Shown one piece after another: positions 25,080 to 37,800 of a stretch of DNA of 64,000 nucleotides; the first letter of the stretch is position 1; each line of letters opens with the position of its first letter. The position numbers and the translations under genes were made by a program. Origin of the DNA: Lepidodermella squamata (Eukaryota > Animalia > Gastrotricha); NCBI GenBank assembly GCA_047495785.1, contig JBLDXI010000033.1:620001-684000 (forward strand). Reading direction: 5' to 3'. The notes under the pieces are model-generated. The model saw nothing but the letters and a program-made list of their open reading frames with translations. It had not been told where the DNA came from and searched no databases.

Positions 25080-27234
25080 ATGATAAATTTGTTAATTTTA
25101 TCAGTTATTTTTTGTTGCTCCGTTGTTACGGCGAATCCGCCGCAATACATCTTACTGCCGGCCCATGACGAATTTGAAGCTGAAGGTCGAGATGCTAACC
25201 CACTGAATGCCCAACAGCCAGTGATCACGGTACAAACTCCGAGATTTAAACCCGGAGATCAACCAGCCAATTTGAAATGGCTAGTAGGTAACTTATTCAA
25301 TTTTCTCAATTTTTCAATTATTTACAGAATTTTTCGTAATTTTTTTGTAGCTGTTGCTAGAGGTAGCTGTATCGAATTTAAGCTTGAAAGATTTGCCGTA
25401 GATTACGCGGCCGCGTGTTACAGCGGTTATCTGGCTGCTTTCGACGGTTCAACACCGAGCTCGAAGCAACTGATGCGCATGTGCGGCGCCCCGGCGCAAC
25501 TTCCCGATCCGATTCGAACAACCGGCAGCCGGCTTCACGTGGTTTTCTACAGCGAATCGCCCGGGCCGTCGGCTCAACTGCCTCAGCAGGGATTTTTAGG
25601 CTACGCTAAGCCGATACCTTGCAACGATGGTATTTTTTCAAAATTAATCATTATCGAATAAAAAATGATCGAATAGTTATAATAGATTTTAATTTTAATA
25701 TTAGGTATGTAAAATCTGAAAATAAATTTAAATTGTAAATGAGACAAATTTAAATTTTCAGATTTTATATAATATTCAAGATTTTTGTTTTAAAATTGAA
25801 TTTTTTCGCAATTTAGGGGTAGCCGATAATAATGACACGCTGTCGACTACAACAACCGCAATTTCAACAACGCGGCCCGCTGATGATTTTACTTATCCCG
25901 CATCGACAGTTGCCGCTTCCACGAAAAGATCTGCCCCAGACACGGCCGTCGTTGATTTCGGCAACCAGACCGTGTGCGGCTATCCGTTCTTCAAGCCACT
26001 CGAGTCGAACGATGCGCCGACATGTACGTGAAAACTAACAACATTTTTTAATACTGTTGCCAATAGCATTCTAAGTTCTAAGTTCCGATATAAAAAAAAA
26101 CATTAAAACGGGATTTTACTGCGTATTTAAGCATAAATTTTGCATTATTTTCATTGCACAGTGCAGACGACGCCAAAACTGTTGCAGATTGTTGGCGGAA
26201 ACGTAGCGCGGCCGCACAGTTGGCCGTGGCAGGGCAGTTTGCGGTACCGGGGCGATAAACACGAATGCGGCGTCATTTTATTGTCTCGCCTGCACGTCAT
26301 GACCGCAGCTCACTGCTTTGCACTGTCTACTAATCCCCAGCTCTACACGGTAAGCTTTCAAAATTTTCGCTATATTTGAGAAGAACCTAATAAACCTAGC
26401 CACCTACTCTAATAAATTTTTATTGATTGGAAAAATTAGGTCATTTTTGGTCGGGTAAGTCGAGATGAGAACGAGCCGGAAACGCAGCAAATCCTTGGCT
26501 TGGAAAAAGTAACAATCCATCCTATGTACGGCCAGAAAAGTCGCTACGACTCGGATGTGGCGATTTTGAGGCTGAAAGAACCTGGCGTGGCTATGAACAC
26601 CTACGTCAGCCCGGTGTGTTTGCCTAAGCGCGTACCTGAGCCGGGCACGTTTTGTTTCGTAACAGGATTTGGTGAGTAAATATCGATTCAAATAATATTA
26701 AAAAATATGTAAAATCAATCTAATCAAGGGACAACTATGAACACGGGCGGTGAAGGGTTTTTGAAACAAGCGCCTGTTCCGATTTTATCCGACGCCAACT
26801 GCCGGTCGATGGATCAGCGTTTCGGAAAATTGCTGACTGAAAATATGGTATATTCTTTCAAAAAATACTACGGCATGTTTTAATATATTTCCTCAAGTTT
26901 TGCGCTGGTTATCCTCAAGGCGGCATCGATAGTTGTTCAGGAGACAGGTGAGTCAGCAGTGAAATTATTGAATTCCGCAAGTTTTAGTCACTCTATTCCA
27001 GCGGCGGGCCTCTAGTTTGTAGGCAAGGCAATTTCCCGACCATTTGGTCAGTGGTGGGTATCGTGTCATTTGGCTTCTCCTGTGCCCAGCCGAATTTACC
27101 CGGTAATTATCGTGTTAATTCATGTTTTATGGCTATAATAACGGTTAACACTTGAAACAGGCGTCTACGTGGCCGTGGGAAAATTCGCAGACTGGATCGT
27201 CCAGAACGTGCCCGACCTGCCGCCGCAATATTGA
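25080..27234 (+). CDS. Secreted CUB-domain trypsin-family serine protease
   Basis: Signal peptide, CUB domain ([11 protein letters not shown]...RMCG...LHVVFYSE...GF), Thr-rich linker, then [40 protein letters not shown] and PGVY over about 9 exons. Confidence 0.88.
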
Positions 27235-27649
27235 CGTTTTTAGCGTAATTTTTGCAAATTTTATCCAACTTAATTTATGATAACTTATCATTACATACTT
27301 CTCAACACATTGGTAAAGTTGATTGTTGAAATAAAACTTTCGATAATCGATAAAAATTCGATTAAACACGTGATTTTGTGCAGAAGGGTCTGGAAAAACA
27401 TGAAATTTCATCTTTAGCGCGTAAAATTTGTTACTCCTCCAATTCGCGCCTGGATGAAATTTATATGACCAGGTAGGAAATTTATCTGGCTATAGATTGA
27501 TGTAGGTTGTTCGATGTTTCGATGTAAGGATCGGAAGAAATCGAAGTGATCGCGATCACAGGTGTAGCACAGTATTATTTTCGTGCGCGCACATAAACTC
27601 TCACTTGTGCGCACTACGGCGAGGTCCGTCGGCCGCGTGCGCGTGCTCG

Positions 27650-27657
27650 TATAAATA
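27650..27657 (+). promoter_or_regulatory. TATA box of the histone H1 gene
   Basis: TATAAATA 110 nt upstream of the ATG, preceded by a GC-rich CGCG tract. Confidence 0.6.
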
Positions 27658-27759
27658 GCTCGGTCATTACGGCGCTTAAACATCACTCGCTCACATCGCG
27701 CATTCTCTCTTTCTCGTGTTTATTCGTTTGTTCGTTTTCGACAACACTTCATCAACAAA

Positions 27760-28469
27760 ATGACTGATGCTGCTGCTCCCGCTGTTGCCGCGCCCGCCAA
27801 GGCCGTCAAGAAGACCAAGACCGCGAAGCCCAAGGCGCCTGCTGCTCACCCGAAGTACGCTGACATGATCGTCGCTGCGATCACTGCTCTGAAGGAACGC
27901 GGCGGTTCGTCTCGCCAGGCCATCGCCAAGTACATCCAGGCTCACTTCAACGTTGGCAAGGACGAGAAGAAGATCAACGCCCACCTGCGCCTCGCTTTCA
28001 AACGCCTCGTCACGGCCAAAGCCCTTGTGCAAGTGAAGGGCTCGTTCAAGGTTGGTGAGAAGAAGGTCGAGAAGAAGGTGAAGAAGGCCGCCAAGCCGAA
28101 AGCGCCCAAGGCGAAGAAGGCCGGCACCAAGGCTAAGAAGACTGGCGTGAAGAAGGCTGCCAAGAAGACCGAAGCCGCGCCCGCTGCTGCCGCTGGTGGT
28201 GAAACTGCCGCCGCTGCTCCTGCTGCTAAGCCCGCTAAGGTAAAATTAATCATTTTAGTTATTCGGCTTGTTCTAATTTCTTCTGTGTATTTCAGGCGAA
28301 GAAGGCTGCCAAGCCCAAGTCTGCGAAGAAGGCCGCTTCCTCGCCCAAGAAGCCCAAGGCCCCGAAGGCGAAGAAGGCGACCGCCGCGAAACCCAAGAAG
28401 GCCGCTGCGAAGAAGCCGAAAGTTGCCGCGAAGAAGGCCGCCGCGCCCAAGGCTGCTGCTAAGGCGTAA
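27760..28469 (+). CDS. Linker histone H1 (intron-containing, probably a polyadenylated replacement type)
   Basis: Globular domain HPKYADMIVAAITALKERGGSSRQAIAKYI...LVQVKGSFKV and a Lys/Ala/Pro tail. 56-nt intron at 28240-28295. AATAAA at 28610-28615. Confidence 0.95.
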
Positions 28470-28875
28470 TTTATAATCGTGTCTCTCTCTTCTCTTCGCC
28501 CATAAACTGTTTTGTGCGCCTCCTCGTGTTTTACTGTTTTTGTATTCGATTTTTGAACGCTCTTTGATACCGATGACTCGACTTTGCTATAAAAACAACT
28601 GAAAAACGCAATAAACATTTTTGAACATTTCATCAGTTCTCGTCTTTTGCTTAACTCTATTTTCGGTCTCGTTGTTGTGGTTCTCTCCTGATGAGGTTTG
28701 CGAGTGAAAGCAGAAAAGTTTTCTAAAAATTCCACCTTAATTTTGTTTCACAATATCAACAATTTTTTTTTCATTGTAATCAAATTACCTATCAAATTTT
28801 AATCGACATCTTTTTCCACCTTTCCAAAACACCCAAAAATTGAAACTGAAATTTCATCAAAATTCATCGTTTTTA

Positions 28876-31800
28876 TTACAAAAATCCAATCGAGTCAATA
28901 AAGCGTTTGGTTAACAAAGCACTAATAGATGAGAAGAAACTGGGCGGGTGACTGGGCGCCTCACCGGGCACAGCCATTTCGAGCCGCAATTCATCCTGTC
29001 CTTTGCTATCCACCGCCCTCAGCACTACGACACTGAAATTAACAGGATCACTGCTAATCCCATTCTCGCACGAAAACGCCGCGAACTTGCTGATTTGCGT
29101 TTCAAAAGCGAGGCCGTAATCGTCGACGAGCGGTTCGCAGCTGCTGCATTGTCCCGGGCCTGTCGGGCACGACCCGGCGCGGCGTAACGCGGTCGCCGCT
29201 TCTTCGCGCGCTTTCCACGTGCGATACCGCGCCGTGCAGGCCAGCCTGACTAGCACTTGCTGTTGTTTACTATTATCGCCTTGTTGCTGCTGCTGCGATG
29301 AATTTGGCGCGAGATTTAAATTTATGGCGGGAACAAACATCGGCAGGGCCATTGCGTCAGCCGGCGGCGGCGCGGTTGCTGTTGTTGATTTAGTATCGCT
29401 GCTCGCGTGTTGCGTAACCACGAGACCGAGTTCGGTTGCGAGTTTCGCGCTCACGACTTGCCAAATTTCGGCCGCGATGTTGTTTTCATCAATTGAAACG
29501 TCGAACAATAGAACCTAAAAATAAATATAAATTGATCATTTGGAGGCGTGTAGCAAATTTCGTAATTTCAGTTTCAGAACAAGATTTTCCCAAAAATTGA
29601 AAATAATTGAAAAATAAGTTTAATAACCCATCTTTTGTTGACAGTAAATTACTTATTTCCGAAATTAATCACAGAATTGATTTTTTAAATATCGCCAGAT
29701 GAATTGTCTATGGCCCCACAGAGGCGAGCCAAGTCGTAGGCCTATCTCTAACGAAATATAATTTGTGGCCTGGAACCAGCTTTCTCAATTTTTAATTAAT
29801 CATCAATTAAAATGATTACTGCGGGCCAGGTAGATGCTGACCACGTATAAAGTCGGCAACCTCAACAGAGACCGAACAAACAATCATATTTCTCGAGTAA
29901 CTAACATATTTTTTGCTTTTTCTCGACAATGAGCTCGGACGAAGAAATGATTCTGCTAGACGAGGATTTCACCTCAAAAGTCTTACTGTTTTACATCAAT
30001 TTGATTTATTTCACATTCACTTCACGACATCTATCATCCAACTATCGAAAATTCTACCGCGGCTGCGCCGTTGGCTCGAAAATAACCAATGTGACAAGTT
30101 GAAACGAAGTCGACGGTCGCCTAACTAGCCTGTTTGACAAGCGGTTCCTGTTCAAGATTTTCCTATTACCAAGTATCCGTCATATAGTACTACCCCTGAA
30201 ATAATTTTCGATTTAATTTTTTCTGACTGGGTCGGCTTTGTAAGAATTATCTTCCTCACATGAAGACGATGTCGCCGAATCAATGCCGTCCGCCGAGCAG
30301 ATCGTTGAGGCAGTTAAAATATTAAGAAAACCGCCACCCAGACCGCCGGCTTTCAAAACTCGTGCGAACCTTCAATCGTCTGAAAGTCGGCTGATCAAGC
30401 CCACACCACGGCCTATCAAATGTGCAAAGGCTGAGATGGCTATTTCTGATTTACAAAATTCGCCTCAACGTCAAATCATTCCAGCTCGCCAGCCACAACT
30501 TCTTCCTCCTGTAAAATACGGTCGCAAAGGTTTTACCTTCATAGCTAAACACTTTTTCTTTTTGTAACGAAACAAATGATTGTCGAAAAACTCCAAAGTC
30601 TGAATTTACATTTTTGTAAACGTTTCATTATTGAAAAAAACTCTTACATACATCGATTCACTGTATTTTTTTTATCGAAGATCGTTCTCATGAATTTTTC
30701 ATGAACGTAAAAACCTTCAATTGGTTTGGCATCGAAAGCCAAGTGGAGCATTATTAGCCGAACAATCTATATATTTTTCTTCGCCATTTTCTTCGCCACA
30801 CGAAGGCGATTTCGCCTAATCAAAGCGCTCGCTTCATCGCTGATCACAGGATCGGTCGCGATCGCCTGAAGGTAACAATGTTTGAACCGGATGCCCGATC
30901 ACGTCGAGCAGTCTGGCGTCCTGGGTTAGTGAAAACGTTCGTAATAGCCTTAACGCTCAAGGCTATGAACAAAATCAACGCCGAATAGACAAAATCGGGT
31001 TGGTATGAGATATCAAACTACGTTCTCTTACCGCAGAAGCCAGATTATCGATTGGGAAATGTTGTTTACCAACTGTCCATTACAGGCTCAACGATCTCAA
31101 AGGCTGTCGAGGATATTCCCGTAATAGCGTAATATAGTAATCAAGTTATTTTCGTTCGAATGGAATCATCTCACGATGGACCTTCTTGCAAAGAGACTAA
31201 ACGCGTTATTACGAAGTTTCCAACAACAAAAACTGGTACCGCAGAAGCGAACTCTCTATTTTGAAGTACAACTCCTTGCTCATCGGACAAGAGATCACCA
31301 AGTTTGAGCAAATAAAATGAGAGGTTTGCTTTCGATAAAGTCATTTACAATTATTGTCAATATAATTTAAAATTATTCCATATTGCCAAGGGGATCCTTG
31401 GTGTGAGTAAGATGCAGGTGATGAGCTGTATCAGATTATAAGGGGTGAGTATTCGATGCATTCGTTCAATATTTTGAATACTTGACCAATTTTATTTTTT
31501 TACTGCCTACACGCATATTTATGCATTTCCACGTAACGTTTAATAAATTAGTGGATCCACATTTTTGCACATTAGAAAAAGAGGTTCCAGCACTGAAGTT
31601 CAGAATTCTAGAACTTGATTTTTGCAATTTTTCCAAATTTTTGCGAGATTTACTGCCAAATTCTCAAATTTAGTCCTAGAACCCTTAATGTAGGGTGCTC
31701 GTTTGGCTCATCCTTGAAAATATGAAATCAAAATTTTGGCGATGGAGGCAAAAAATCGTAAACAACGTTGATTTGACTTGCTATTTGAAAAAGTTAAGGT

Positions 31801-34800
31801 GGCGCAAAATCTTACATTTTTCAACAAACAAGTCAAGCCGATAGCGCCAACCGCAGAGCAGAGCCACCGCAACGTCACACCGGGTACGTGAATTTTGCGG
31901 AACCACTCGAGGGCCCGCGAGTGAATGACCGAGTTGTTGGGCGACAGCGCCAACATGAGCATTCTCGACTTGGCGGCTCTTTTCTGCTGCCTCGCGTCAC
32001 TGGTGTGCGATTTTTTGGGTGACGGTGGCACCAGCGGGGTGTAGTCTTGCTTCCGGAACAGCTGTCGCAGGAGGGGTTGAACGTCACCACTGCCGGGCAT
32101 TGAATTGTCATGGAGCAGCTTAGCAGCGGCTTTGAACGCATTCTGGATGATTTCAGCGTTGCGTTGAGTGACCGAACCGGTTACATTTCGAACCAGTTCG
32201 ATAGGATCCTAACATAAGATTCAAAATTAACGGTGAAATAGAAATGAATTTTGAACAGAAGAAAACGGAGTAGATTTTCACGCACAATAATGACATCTAA
32301 CAACAATCTACGTCGTATTGAACAGCCTCGCTCACTTCGTCGTCAGCAAGTTGACTAAACCTCGACGCGGTAGCAACTTGGCTCCCATCTTCCGCTCGCG
32401 AATTCTGTCAATTTCAACCTTAGTCGACCCAACGGTTGAAGTCAAAGTTGAGCCAACATCCTTTCTCGAGTCATACGAGCCTCAATCGTCGCCATCCCTG
32501 TCGCTCACTACCGTTGTCTCCATGGCTGTCTGAGGATTGCGATTCGTGTCAATTTTCAAGCCAACGTCGTTTTCAAGGTTTCAGCCCGAGAATTCAGATG
32601 AAGATTCAATCACCGATTCTCGTTCACTGAATTTTCATACCGAATCCTCTGCAATCATAAACTCCGACTTTAAGCGCTATCGATATCGAATCACCCTCGT
32701 TCGAACAAAAATAATCGTTTACTGATTTTACAAATTCGTCATACTTGATGCTATCTTTCAGGCAGCTAAAGATTTAAAGCCTACCATGTCCATGATCAAA
32801 CGCATTTTTTCAGACAGGCTCCGATCTCTCAAGTAATACCTGAACTTTTCTTCACGATGTTCAGCATCCAATTTTTCCATAAGAATTAGTTAATTCCATC
32901 AAACAAGGTCGACAGTTCGAAGAAATAGCAAGATTCCAAGAAATAACCTTGGGCGTTCTTGCCAAACGATGCAATCTGAAGCTCGCCAAATGTTTTGCTC
33001 GCCAGATTATTGGCGGTAACGGGATTGGCTCCGCATTTTATAAATGTTAGCAATACGTTTCTGTAGACCATTAACTGATATATCAACGTCGCCAGTTTTA
33101 CAAACAAGGGACTTGCCTTCGAGGCTTGCCGAATCTCATCTTCTTATCAAGGCCACAAATCGCACAAATCACTACTCATGTGCTCACACGACTTTGACGA
33201 CAAGTGAGCAGTGACATTTCAGCAGCGAGCCGCCACGCACCTAACGGATCAAATGCTAGGCAAGCATTTGTGAATGCTCTATATATAGGCAATAGGTTGA
33301 GCAATAGGCAGTGAGCATTGAGCACTACTCAGCTCAATGCTCATTGCTCAAGGTAGAGATTTGTGCGACGGCTTTAAAGCCTGGCTCAAATCAAAGACAA
33401 ATATCTGCCTTAATCAAACTAGGGGAGGCTGCGCCTTCTATTTGGTGCCCTCAAGGTAATCCACATCGGTTATTTCCACATCGTAAAACCTGGTAAAAAT
33501 ATTGCCCTAGATCGATATTACATGGATCATCAACGTAAGCTTCAAATCTGGGACGAAATCGGCGACAGCCTGGGCTACCCGGGTGAAGTCGCTCGTGCTG
33601 CCTGGTGCCGATTGAGAAAATTCTATCTTTGGCGCAGCAGAAAATCCTCACGGTGGCCTCACTTTGAGGAGATGAAATTCCTTGATGAATTATGACGTAG
33701 TCGAGGGCGCCTGGCGCGACATTGTTAATCAGGACGATCCTGAAGATAGGGGCCTTCTTCCCCTCCTGCACATTGGCGGCAACGCATCGGCCGACGCAGT
33801 TGGCCAGCGTGATTTGTTGAAAAAGTATTTCATCTCTGACCACGGATCAGTCTACTGGCAACTCAAGGCTGTTAGCATTGGTCTCAACAATCGTCTCACT
33901 ATCGACACTATCGAAACAATTGACCAGGCTAATCGTTCGTGGCGCGGAAGAACCAGCACTTTGGGCAAAAAAACTCGTGTACACAAGAGTACAGTATATT
34001 TATTCTGTACAAACTGGTACAGTTTTGATGGCCGTAAATGTCAGTACAGCTCATTCGACTGTAGATTGAGTACAGTTGACCAGGCTGTATATTAGATGTA
34101 CAGCGTTTCATTCCTGTATCATGGCGTACAGCTCATTGAGCTGTACGCCCAAGTACAGTCGAATGCAACGTACATGCTGAGTACAGGAGTGACAGCCGTA
34201 ATGACTGTGTACGGTTCGTCTAAACCGTACACGAGAGTACAGGAGATTCATTTTTATAACGTAGTCGATGGAAGTTACGGCCCGCAAACCCACTCACAAT
34301 TAGATTGACGATTTTGGTGAAAGAGTGAGAATCGGACGAATGTGCAGGTAATTAATTATTCGACGCGACGATTGCGACGCGACGATAGACGCGACGATAG
34401 ACGCGACTTCCATGTTTCGTTGCTCACATAAGAAACTTGACAAATGATTTCAACCTCTACTCCACCTTCTCAGACAAATGAAAATTGGGCGTTGAGCAAT
34501 AACGATTATAAGTAAGTTGTTTCCTTTTCAAACTCCTGTGAATAAAAAGTAGGACCGAAGTCACTTGTCACGTCTAATATTCGATAAATAAGTCATCGTT
34601 TTTGATGGTAATAAAGCGCATTTTTAGCAGAAAGAGCAACTCGTGTCAAAATAAGGAATATAATCACACTTCATATTTCCTTCATGGTGACGATATATCC
34701 TATTTTTTCTTCACAGCCCGTTGCCGATATTACCATTGCAAACGATTGTTCACATTTTTCGTGATTTTAGGTAAATTTTCTGAAATGACTGACTCAATAG

Positions 34801-37800
34801 TAAAAGTGACTATCGGCGAGTCAAAGTGGGCACGTTGCGTTAGAATGAATAGTTCCGCGGAGAACCCTTTAGTATTTTTAAAAACGAAAATCTACCCCGT
34901 CTTCCGCAACATCTTTAAAGCTGACGACTATGGCCTTTTTTGGCATGATGGTGATCATTTCGTCATCATTGATGACGATGATGACCTCCTGCTAGCGTTT
35001 CACTTGAATCCAGAGCGCCTTCATATATCAGTCTTTTTTGGACGCTATCTCGAGGACCTAATGACGCTACAGCCATCTTTGTCGCAAAAGGTCGAGGACT
35101 TGACGAGAATGATTTCAGGTATTTGTGAATATTTTTATCGAATATATCCTAGATGGAAGTTCCTCTGATTTTCAAATTTTATGCTCAAAAGGAGAAAGTT
35201 TTCAGGACAGATCTTCCTAGTTTAGGTTAAATGTAAGCTGAATTGCTGGAAAAATCGCAAATTTATCCCAGTTTTTCGCAGCGCTAGGGTTCAGATTGTT
35301 TATGCATATTTCTTTAATTAAATGTCTCTAATTTTGCATAAGAATTACAAACCGAACCTAAGCCGTCGCCGGCCCAGACGCCTTTCAATGCGCCACCTCT
35401 GAGTTTAGGTGCGTCACAGTCTCACCTACCCATTGTCACCGGTACCAGTGGCTCCAGAGCGGCACCGCAGACAGTTGTTGATCGGACTGGGTCACTTTAC
35501 GACAAAGTCAAGGAAGTCCCGCTCCTAAAGGCGGTTGCTAGGACAATGGATGAGCGCCGGGACCTTGGGGAGCCAGGCTACGTCAGGTCAACAACTGAGC
35601 ACTTCCACCAAATACTCAAGGAGATGGGTACTTGCTTCGAAGAGTCCTTTGGGGGACGTACCGTCACTAATGTGATGAGCAAAATGAACCAATACAGGGT
35701 AAGGCAGTCCTAGTCTTGCTGAAGGCGTGGTTGCGAGTTTTTGTGAGGTTTTAAAATGGAATGAGGTGGAAATTACTTTAAATCTTCTTTTATATAACCA
35801 ATTTCTTAGAGGTTTTAAAATATCGAGATGGCCGCCATGGAACTTGATGAAACTACTGCTGAGTCTGAGTTGCGCCTAACGCGAAGCGAATGGCTTGAGT
35901 TGGAAAAATCTAAGAAAAAAACATCTAGAAGCTTGAGAGTCAAAGGCCAACGACGAGTTATGGGTAAATTTGTTGGGAAAAAACCTCATCGAATCGGTTT
36001 TCGCCGAAAGTGCCGCTTGTGCGATAAAACATTTTTCGATTCATCCGGTTTGAAAAAACATTTACAATTGTATTGCAAAAAAACAGGCAGCTTAGCTCTT
36101 ACTGAGAAGGAAATTGAAGAATTGATTTATTGGTCAAAAAAAAATTATTTTGTCAAACAAAATGAGGCACCCAAGAGGCGATCTAGTATGAAAAATTAGC
36201 CGATGAGAACTAAAAATGATGCATATTGAACTTGATTATTGTTTATCTTTAGGACTTTATTTTGTCTACCTTAATAATGTCGAGCAATTCTCATTCTGAT
36301 GTTAGCGCGACTTGCTCGTCGTGCTTGGGCTCTGCTGTTGGCAATGTATTGAGCAGAATGCTGGACAACCTCTCAGTTGTTTCCGCAACGTCAACGCCTT
36401 CTCAAATGTCGAATATTTCAGAAATTTCGAATGCTGACTATTTGCCTTCATTCATTTGGCCGAAAACTGAAGAAAGTGACGCGACCCTAGACTCTTCCTC
36501 CGATATAGCTAGAAACTTGAAACCCGGTGAGTTTCTTCCGCGCTATTCGACTGAACTACAATTAACTAATATAATAAGCACCTCATTAAGAAGAAACGAA
36601 AAGAATTTCTACCTAATTTTTATATCGATCGATAGCCATTGCTGGAGTGCGTCCAACTATAAACTTATCTGTACATAATAAAATAAGGGCAGTGCGGTTT
36701 TGGCACCTGCAAGATAGATGCTTTTTTGTCGCGCTTAATGCTTAACAATATTTGAGTATTGAAACATAATAATTTGAATGTTCAATATTTGAACGGCTAC
36801 GACCCAATCAATTATTGCGATATTTGCAAGTCTAATTGAGTTTATTTGTTTTATCGCCTGGTAATTGACAGTCACTCATCTCGACTTTTATTACTTATTT
36901 GTTCGATGTTCAAATGCACAATTCTTCGATCAAAATAAACAAAATAGGCGATTCGGTGACGTGAACTGATTTTTGGTGATCTAAACTGTCGTTTTAGTCA
37001 TGGAGTCTATTTTTAATTTTCAACTTTCTCTTAAAATTCTTGATCATGTAGAATCTATTTTTTAATCCAATTTAATTTGTCCAATTATTGCATTCCTCTA
37101 ATTTCAATTTTTCGAATAAATTCACAAGAATAACTACCTGAACGTTCATGACAGCTAGGCGGAAAGTTTCCACTTGTTCCTCGCCATCTTCAACCTCATC
37201 AGCACCGTCGTCGCACTCGATCTCACCCCGCAGTTGCACTTCGTCCGCGTCTGGTTTCGTATCGTCATGCCGCGGCTCACCCTTGACAAAATTAGCCGTT
37301 AAAATCGGCTCCTCCTTAACAACCCCGCCACATGCGACACAGCATTGAACACCCTTGGCTAAACAATCGCCAGAACATGTTTCCAACTTCTTCAAAACAG
37401 GCTTCTTCGAACTAGAAGTATGCTCATTAGCGGATATTAGACTTTGGACAGGCATGGTTGAAGCATCTCGCAGAATAATTGCCGACTCAGCGAAGGAGAA
37501 ATTCGCGTAAAAATCGAAAAATTTGACGAATAACTCATTCAGCGACTCGGTATTTTGGTTCAACGGCCATTTCGCTAGATCAACTGGATAACTCGCGTTC
37601 CACGTGCTTAAAATCACTTCATTTTCGTTGTTTTTCTTCGAAATCGACGCTAATTCTGCTACACTCGGGCAAACAGGAGGCGATCGAGTTTGAAGGAAGT
37701 ACAAAACCAGCCAAGACAGGGTGTAACTCGTCAAAAAATGAGGAGCTGGACAAATTTCTTGCTTCTTCGCCCAGTATCGAATAGCTAGAATCAACGGGCG

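Noticed and set aside
33440-33470. Possible Harbinger catalytic motif GALDGKHI
   Set aside because: It needs two frameshifts. The same bases are better explained as the MADF exon end plus an intron donor.
33975-34242. CRISPR-like repeat-spacer array
   Set aside because: Motifs are only 5-6 nt, irregularly spaced and in both orientations. The context is eukaryotic with no cas genes.
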